Of a stretch of 64,000 bases of DNA, positions 58,446-64,000 are shown in pieces. This DNA comes from an uncultured Desulfobulbia bacterium. Its GTDB lineage: Bacteria; Desulfobacterota; Desulfobulbia; Desulfobulbales; SURF-16. The number at the start of each line of letters is the position of its first letter. The stretch's first letter is position 1. The DNA lies in contig CAZZCA010000008.1 in the NCBI GenBank assembly GCA_964653055.1, positions 5,371 to 69,370 on the forward strand, given 5' to 3'. A model generated the notes under the pieces. That model did no database searches, had not been told where the DNA came from, and saw only the letters and a program-made list of their open reading frames with translations. The position numbers were made by a program, and so were the translations under genes.

Positions 58446-59156
58446 CTATTTGAAAATTGACTTGAGCTCGGCGCGACTTAAACTTCGGAATTTTCCCAGG
58501 GGTAGTTTCCCCAGTTTCAGGCTGCCATAGGCGATGCGTTGCAGGTGGATAACCGGATGGTTTATGGCAGCGAACATCTTGCGGACCTGTCGTTTACGGC
58601 CTTCGTGAATAATGATCTCAATTACAGATTCCCGGGCTGATTTTCTCAGAACCCGGAGCCGAGCCGGTGAGGTCGTTCGGTTGTCAATAACTATACCCTG
58701 GGCCAGTTGTTTAAGGGCTGCCCTGGAGGGGCTACCCTTAACTTTGGCGACATAGGTCTTATTGATATTGAATTTGGGGTGCAGGATCTGATGGGTAAGC
58801 TCACCGTCATTGGTAAGGATCAGAGCGCCTTCGGTGTCAAGGTCAAGGCGACCAACCGGAAAGAGCCTGGCCTTGAGCCCAGTCAGCAGGGAGGTGACAA
58901 TGGGGCGGCCCTGGGGGTCGTGCATGGTGGTGACATAGCCGGCTGGCTTATTGAGGAGGATGTAGGTTTTTTCTTCAGAGTCAGAGATCGGCTTGTTGTT
59001 GACCTTGACCTGGTGGGATCCGGGATCAATTTTGACCCCCATTTCAGTGACAACACTGCCATCAACGGTTACCTGGCCGCTGCGGATAAGCTCTTCCGCT
59101 CCTCGTCTTGAACTGACCCCGGCTTTTGCCAGAATTTTTTGCAGTCTTTCTTTCAC
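58446..59156 (-). CDS. rluB: RluB/RsuA-family rRNA pseudouridine synthase
   Basis: S4 domain ERLQKILAKAGVSSRR; PVGRLDLDTEG; EGRKRQVRKM. Confidence 0.88.
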   Translation of the reverse strand: MKERLQKILAKAGVSSRRGAEELIRSGQVTVDGSVVTEMGVKIDPGSHQVKVNNKPISDSEEKTYILLNKPAGYVTTMHDPQGRPIVTSLLTGLKARLFPVGRLDLDTEGALILTNDGELTHQILHPKFNINKTYVAKVKGSPSRAALKQLAQGIVIDNRTTSPARLRVLRKSARESVIEIIIHEGRKRQVRKMFAAINHPVIHLQRIAYGSLKLGKLPLGKFRSLSRAELKSIFK

Positions 59157-59172
59157 AGGGGGTCAGGGGGAA

Positions 59173-59601
59173 TTAATAATCTCCCCGCCGGTACTTCACC
59201 GTTTCCATATAGGAAACAGCGGCAATCTGCTCAAGGAGAATGGCCAGGTGGTCATCTTTGGGCAATTGCTTCTGCAGGTCGATTAAGGTCTGGTTATTGT
59301 CTTCCAGGGATGAGATAAAGGGTTCGAGAGCGGCTGTCTTTATGTCAGTGCGACCCAGGGCCATCTGGTAGGCATCCAGGGTGTTGATGGTGATTTCACC
59401 CAGGGCAAGGCTTTCCAGGCGGAGGGATGATGCGGCTTGCTCCGGGGCTATGGGACTGACATCTTCCCCCTGATTCACCGCCGTTGTCATATTGTGCAGG
59501 CGGTTGGTTAATATACTTTTAAAATCCTGATCACTGGCTGCCCGATTGGTTCTGGCACTGTTGTCTACTTTGATATGGGGATTGATCTCGTTTATTTTCA
59601 T
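59173..59601 (-). CDS. Conserved hypothetical protein, 142 aa
   Basis: Helical protein ending KYRRGDY; no motif recognised; preceded by a sigma28-like promoter. Confidence 0.75.
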   Translation of the reverse strand: MKINEINPHIKVDNSARTNRAASDQDFKSILTNRLHNMTTAVNQGEDVSPIAPEQAASSLRLESLALGEITINTLDAYQMALGRTDIKTAALEPFISSLEDNNQTLIDLQKQLPKDDHLAILLEQIAAVSYMETVKYRRGDY

Positions 59602-59662
59602 TTTGGCATCCGTAGTTTAATTCTGGTTTCTGAGCTGCGGACTGATGTTATTGTTAGTTCTG

Positions 59663-59690
59663 TTATCGGTCAGCATCGGAGGCTTCTTTA
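59663..59690 (-). promoter_or_regulatory. Putative sigma28 (FliA) promoter
   Basis: Minus strand TAAAGAAG-cctccgatgctg-ACCGATAA versus consensus TAAA-N15/16-GCCGATAA. Confidence 0.5.
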
Positions 59691-59717
59691 ATGAAAATTA
59701 TTGGGTTAATCGGTTAA

Positions 59718-61493
59718 TCAGCGAAGAGAAGCCGGCAGGATGGATTGGATTTTACTGTCCACCAGGTTTTTAGTGGCCGGGTCAACTTCCAGAACATGAG
59801 GATACCATGGTTTCATGCGGCAATCAATGACAATGGGGGGCTGCAGGCCTACATGGAAGCGGTTGATGTCCTGCCTGGCGCTATAAATGTCTGCTGCTGG
59901 TTCAAAGCGGGTAAAGAAGGTCCAGATGAACTCCTGCATACTGACGGTGGCCTCGTCAGTGCTGTCCACCAGAATTACCACCGGCCAGTCGGCCAGTTCG
60001 GGGCTGGCGGCCAGTCGTTTGGCCATGTCCTTTTCTTCCTCATAGGGCAGGCCCTCAACAACCAGGGTGCCGGGTAGATAGGGACAGGGTTTGGTGCAAC
60101 CCTGGGGCAGCTCACCGTTAAATGAACGGGGCAGTTTGTTCCGCACCTCCTTACCCAGCCCCATGAGCAGAGCCTTGGAACCGTTATTCACTGAAGGGCC
60201 GGTGTAGTCCAGGGTATCCTGGGAAACGTTGGCAAAGATGAAAAGATCCTGTTGCCAGTTAACCCGTTCCAGAACATGGGTCCAGAGTTTGCCGAAATCG
60301 CAGATGTCAATATCACCATCGGTGATAATCAGGAATTTGGTAAGGGATAGCTGGCCCTCTCCAAGAATCCGCAGGCCAGCGGCAAATGATTCCCGGGGAT
60401 AACGATCAGTTACCCGGGCGGCGGCCAGGCAATGGAAACCGGCTTCGCCAAAGGTTTTTAATTGCTTTACTCCGCTCATCACCAGGGGAAAGAGGGGGGA
60501 GAGCAGGTCCTGGAGGAAATCGCCAATAAAGAAGTCTTCCTGTCTTGGCCGTCCCACTATTGTGGCAGGATAAATGGCGTCTTTGCGATGATAGAGCCGG
60601 TCAACCTGGAAGATGGGATAATCATGGATGAGTGAATTATAGCCGTAATGGTCGCCAAATGGCCCTTCCGGTTTGCGGACATGGGGTGGGACCTGGCCCT
60701 TGGCTGCAAACTCCACATGGGCAACCAGGGGATGGCCACCGGCCGGATCAGTGGTTACGGGCAGTTTATTGCGTAGCAGGAGGGAGGCCAGCATTAGCTC
60801 CGGGATGTTTTCCGGCAGGGGGGCAATGGCGGCCAGCATCAGGGCCGGGGGGCCGCCGATGAACAGGGTCATGGGCAGGCTCTGGTTAAGTTGTTCTGCT
60901 GCATGGTAATGGAAGCCGCCGCCCTTGTGGATCTGCCAGTGGATGCCGGTGGTGGTGTCGTCGTGGCGCTGGATCCGGTACATTCCCAGATTATGGCCCC
61001 GTCCGTCGGGATGTTCGGTATAGACCAGGGGCAGGGTTACAAATGGACCGCCATCGGTGTCCCAGGAGGTCAGCATGGGCAGTTCAGACAGCCGGGCCGG
61101 GTTCATGCAGCACTCAAGGATGGGGGCTTCTTTAGTTTTTTTGGTGCCGATTTTCATGGCCTGGGGCACCATGCCCCGCATGGCCCAGATGGAGCTCATG
61201 GACGGTGGCATCATGGTCTCGGCACAATGGACCAGGTCCCGGACAAATTGCAGGGGTTGATGACCAAAGGCCAGTTCCATGCGGCGTGCGGTGCCGAAAA
61301 GATTGGTTACCACCGGGAAACTGCTGTTTTTGACCTTGGTGAATAAAAGAGCCGGGCCACTCTGGGCAATTACCCGGCGGTGGATTTCGGCTATTTCAAG
61401 GTGGGGATCCACTTCAGTATCGATGGTGAGCAGTTCCGATTCTTTTTGCAGAATTTGGAGAAAGGCGCGCAGGTCTTTAATGATAGGTTTCAT
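59718..61493 (-). CDS. UbiD-family (prFMN-dependent) decarboxylase, long form; possibly menaquinone (futalosine pathway) MqnL
   Basis: EIAEIHRR, VVTNLFG, DGGPFVT, NLGMYR, EGPFGDHYG, TIVGRPRQED, DTLDY. Confidence 0.9.
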   Translation of the reverse strand: MKPIIKDLRAFLQILQKESELLTIDTEVDPHLEIAEIHRRVIAQSGPALLFTKVKNSSFPVVTNLFGTARRMELAFGHQPLQFVRDLVHCAETMMPPSMSSIWAMRGMVPQAMKIGTKKTKEAPILECCMNPARLSELPMLTSWDTDGGPFVTLPLVYTEHPDGRGHNLGMYRIQRHDDTTTGIHWQIHKGGGFHYHAAEQLNQSLPMTLFIGGPPALMLAAIAPLPENIPELMLASLLLRNKLPVTTDPAGGHPLVAHVEFAAKGQVPPHVRKPEGPFGDHYGYNSLIHDYPIFQVDRLYHRKDAIYPATIVGRPRQEDFFIGDFLQDLLSPLFPLVMSGVKQLKTFGEAGFHCLAAARVTDRYPRESFAAGLRILGEGQLSLTKFLIITDGDIDICDFGKLWTHVLERVNWQQDLFIFANVSQDTLDYTGPSVNNGSKALLMGLGKEVRNKLPRSFNGELPQGCTKPCPYLPGTLVVEGLPYEEEKDMAKRLAASPELADWPVVILVDSTDEATVSMQEFIWTFFTRFEPAADIYSARQDINRFHVGLQPPIVIDCRMKPWYPHVLEVDPATKNLVDSKIQSILPASLR

Positions 61494-61747
61494 TTATGCT
61501 CTTCTTTTAAAAAAAGGGAATGATATTCGTCTTCTTGCAGGTGGTTGTGCATGATGCCGGTGGCAAATTCCACTACCTGTTTGATCTCATCGTCAGTCAG
61601 CCGGGGGATCAGGGTTTCAAGTAATTCGGTTGAGGTAAAATGGCGAAGAAATGTTGCCAGTGACTCTTCGTCGGTTTCACGGTTGAGACCGAAACAAATG
61701 GTAAATGGGTCGGGGATGGAATCGCTCATGGTTGGCTGCTGGCTCAT
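61490..61747 (-). CDS. Small conserved hypothetical cytoplasmic protein
   Basis: FGLNRETDEESL...LIPRLTDDEI...HLQEDEYHSLFLKE; stop overlaps the ubiD start. Confidence 0.75.
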   Translation of the reverse strand: MSQQPTMSDSIPDPFTICFGLNRETDEESLATFLRHFTSTELLETLIPRLTDDEIKQVVEFATGIMHNHLQEDEYHSLFLKEEHK

Positions 61748-61780
61748 TGAATTTCCTTAAAATATGGGTGTTGAAAACTA

Positions 61781-62176
61781 TCAGCGGAGATACCAGTGGA
61801 TTTTGCGGGTTCGGGGGCCGTCAAATTCACAGAAAAAGATCTTCTGCCAGGTTCCCAGCATCAGCCGGCCGTTTTCCAGGATTACGGTTTCACTGCAGCC
61901 AAACAGTGAGGCCAGGACATGGGAAGGAGAATTACCCTCCAGGTGCCGATAGTCAAGGTGGAAGGGGATGATGTCTTTAAGGGCCATGATGATATCGGTC
62001 TGGACAGTTGGGTCTGCCCCTTCGTTGATGGTAAGGGCGCCGGTGGTATGGGGGTTGAACAGGTAGCACACACCGTCCTTGATGTTTGTCTTGGCCAGCT
62101 CTTTGTTGATCGCCCCGGTAATATCAAGCATTTCCATCTTGCTGCTGGTTCGGATGCTGATGGTCCCTTTGTTCAT
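61781..62176 (-). CDS. yjbQ: YjbQ/UPF0047 family protein
   Basis: PHTTGALTINE, YRHLEGNSPSH, LGTWQKIFFCEFDGPR. Confidence 0.92.
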   Translation of the reverse strand: MNKGTISIRTSSKMEMLDITGAINKELAKTNIKDGVCYLFNPHTTGALTINEGADPTVQTDIIMALKDIIPFHLDYRHLEGNSPSHVLASLFGCSETVILENGRLMLGTWQKIFFCEFDGPRTRKIHWYLR

Positions 62177-62366
62177 ATCTGTCCCTTGTTTTCCGCATTT
62201 TTCTGGTAGAGTTAAAGCTATTATAGAGCCAGTCCTCTTAACTTGCAAGAAGGCTCTGGGGTAAAGACCATTCAGCGCAGTTATCAATTGCGAACTTTGC
62301 CAGATTGAGTATAGATTATCTGTGCCTGGTTTTAGAAATTGATATTTGAATTTGCGGGAGGTGGAA

Positions 62367-63002
62367 ATGGAAGATGTTCTGAGCAGGATAGAGTGGCTTG
62401 GTCATGATGGTTTCCGGATCACGGCGGCAAGCGGGCAGGTGATTTATATTGACCCCTTTAAGTTGACCGGCAGCCCGGTGTCCGCGGATATTATTCTGAT
62501 TACCCATGAGCATTTTGATCATTGTTCGCCGGAAGATGTGGATTTGATCCAGGTTGAGGGTGGTGTAATTATTACAGAAGCGAAATCAGCGAAGAAATTA
62601 AAGGGCCAGGTTGATGTGGTGGCCCCTGGTGATTCCCGTGAGATTGAGGGGACTAAAATAGAAGCGGTGGTTTCATACAATATCGGCAAGAAATTTCATC
62701 CCCAGGGTAAGCGTTGGCTCGGTTTCATTATAACGGTTGACGGGGTCAGGATTTATCACGCCGGGGATACCGATTATATTCCGGAGATGAAAAATATGGA
62801 TGTTGATATCGCCCTGCTTCCGGTTTCCGGTACCTATGTGATGACAGCTGATGAGGCGGTACAGGCGGCTCTGGACCTGGAGCCTGAGGTGGTGATACCC
62901 ATGCATTACGGTGATATTGTCGGTGAGCTTGCGGATGCGGAAAAATTTGCCCAAAACCTGGCCGGCAGGCTCAGGGTTGAAGTATTGCCGAAAACAAGTT
63001 GA
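62367..63002 (+). CDS. Metallo-beta-lactamase-fold hydrolase
   Basis: WLGHDGF, YIDP, ITHEHFDH, YHAGDT, IPMHY; GGGAGG RBS. Confidence 0.92.
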   Translation: MEDVLSRIEWLGHDGFRITAASGQVIYIDPFKLTGSPVSADIILITHEHFDHCSPEDVDLIQVEGGVIITEAKSAKKLKGQVDVVAPGDSREIEGTKIEAVVSYNIGKKFHPQGKRWLGFIITVDGVRIYHAGDTDYIPEMKNMDVDIALLPVSGTYVMTADEAVQAALDLEPEVVIPMHYGDIVGELADAEKFAQNLAGRLRVEVLPKTS

Positions 63003-63017
63003 TAAATGGATATTTGA

Positions 63018-63698
63018 GTGGATTATTTCCCGGTTTGTCTTGATATAAAGGATCGCCCCTGCCTGGTGGTGGGTGGCGGTCGAGTAGCGGTACGTAAGGT
63101 GGATGGTCTTCTGGCCTGTGGTGGTGCGGTGACGGTGGTCAGTCCCGAGCTGGTAGAGGGGCTGGCGGCCATGGTGGCAGATGGCAGGGTCCGTCATCTG
63201 GACCGTGGCTACCAGCGTGGTGATCTGGCAGGTTCTTTTCTGGTGATTGCAGCCACCGATGACGAGGACGTTCAGGCCGAAGTTTTTAAAGAGGCAGAGG
63301 AGCATCATATTCTCCTGAATGTTGCCGATGTTCCCAAATGGTGTAATTTTATTCTGCCGGCCACTGTTCGGCGGGGCAGTCTTGCGGTTTCAATTTCAAC
63401 TGGCGGTAAAAGTCCGGCTCTAGCCAGAAAAATCCGCCAGGATCTTGAAAAAGATTTCGGAGCAGAATATGATCTTCTGTTGCAGATGCTTGGCAGCCTT
63501 CGTTCCCATGTCCTCGGTCAGGGCCGTAAACATGAAGAGAACAAGGTGGTTTTTGAACAATTGCTTCATCCGGAAATGATTACCTGGGTCAGAGAGCAGA
63601 GCTGGCGGCGGGTGGAAGAACATCTTTGTTCTGTACTGGGGCCTGATTTTGATCTGGCATCGGTTGGTTTTTCCCCGGATCAGGGTAGTGGATCTTAA
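63018..63698 (+). CDS. sirC: Precorrin-2 dehydrogenase / sirohydrochlorin ferrochelatase (SirC/Met8p, CysG N-terminal type)
   Basis: LVVGGGRVAVRK, VIAATDD, LNVADVP, ISTGGKSPALA. Confidence 0.9.
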   Translation: MDYFPVCLDIKDRPCLVVGGGRVAVRKVDGLLACGGAVTVVSPELVEGLAAMVADGRVRHLDRGYQRGDLAGSFLVIAATDDEDVQAEVFKEAEEHHILLNVADVPKWCNFILPATVRRGSLAVSISTGGKSPALARKIRQDLEKDFGAEYDLLLQMLGSLRSHVLGQGRKHEENKVVFEQLLHPEMITWVREQSWRRVEEHLCSVLGPDFDLASVGFSPDQGSGS

Positions 63699-63722
63699 CT
63701 GCAAAACTAAGGTGCGGCTTAA

Positions 63723-64000
63723 ATGTTATTTAAACTGACATTCATTCTCTATGTTCTGGCCTTAACTAATTATGCGGTGTTTTTTGTTAGCCAGAACAAA
63801 AAAATGCGGAAGGTGGCCCGCATGGTTTTGCTGGCAGCCGGTGTTGTTCATTGTGTCACCATTGGTGGTCGTTATCTCCTTGCCGGTCATACTCCGCTTA
63901 CCACCCACCATGATACGGTTTCTTTTTTCGCCTGGTCCATGACCTGGGCATTTCTTTCTTTTCGCTGGCGTTATCAGGTCAAGAATTTCGGCACCTTTGT
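63723..64000 (+). CDS. ccsA: Cytochrome c biogenesis protein CcsA/ResC-like (3' truncated by window edge)
   Basis: Hand translation MLFKLTFILYVLA...HCVTIGGRYLLAGHTPLTTHHDTVSFFAW...; sirC-ccsA-(hemA) order is typical of Desulfobacterota. Confidence 0.75.
   Translation, partial: MLFKLTFILYVLALTNYAVFFVSQNKKMRKVARMVLLAAGVVHCVTIGGRYLLAGHTPLTTHHDTVSFFAWSMTWAFLSFRWRYQVKNFGTF

Overview
Chromosomal window from a Desulfobacterota (Desulfobulbales-like) bacterium, inferred from gene content and synteny (split F0 atp operon, argBDFGH-lysA-dapFAB superoperon, DUF4492-cydAB, sirC-ccsA). It is mostly housekeeping: end of a secretin gene, trkAH, mnmG, lptAB-rpoN-ptsN-rapZ, arg/lys biosynthesis, cytochrome bd, tRNA-Leu(CAA), a TPAT-type TRAP transporter, hemL, atpZIBE, rimO, ihfB, rluB and a UbiD decarboxylase. 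Two accessory systems stand out. (1) An about 8.2 kb lower-GC island (40711-48951) sits between tRNA-Leu and dctM. It is bounded by an 81%-identical, frameshifted duplicate of the dctM 3' end. It encodes a 1056-aa radical SAM / Cys-less SPASM / ArsM-like methyltransferase / DUF5714 fusion, a fused TIGR04282+TIGR04283-type glycosyltransferase pair, an Fe-S/CCG-DedA(VTT) fusion, a secreted rhodanese and a LysR with a palindromic operator. This looks like a candidate undescribed organoarsenical (arsenosugar-like) or related metalloid pathway. (2) A complete YTD sulfur-trafficking cluster (yeeE / tusA-dsrE-CHP-CHP), including a 57-aa gene missing from the ORF track. Other hand-found items: a 30-aa cytochrome bd small subunit, an ExtJ-like secreted protein, two probable non-canonical start codons and a sigma28-like promoter. 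No CRISPR array, rRNA, integrase or transposase was seen. All family assignments are from motif recognition by eye, not database searches.
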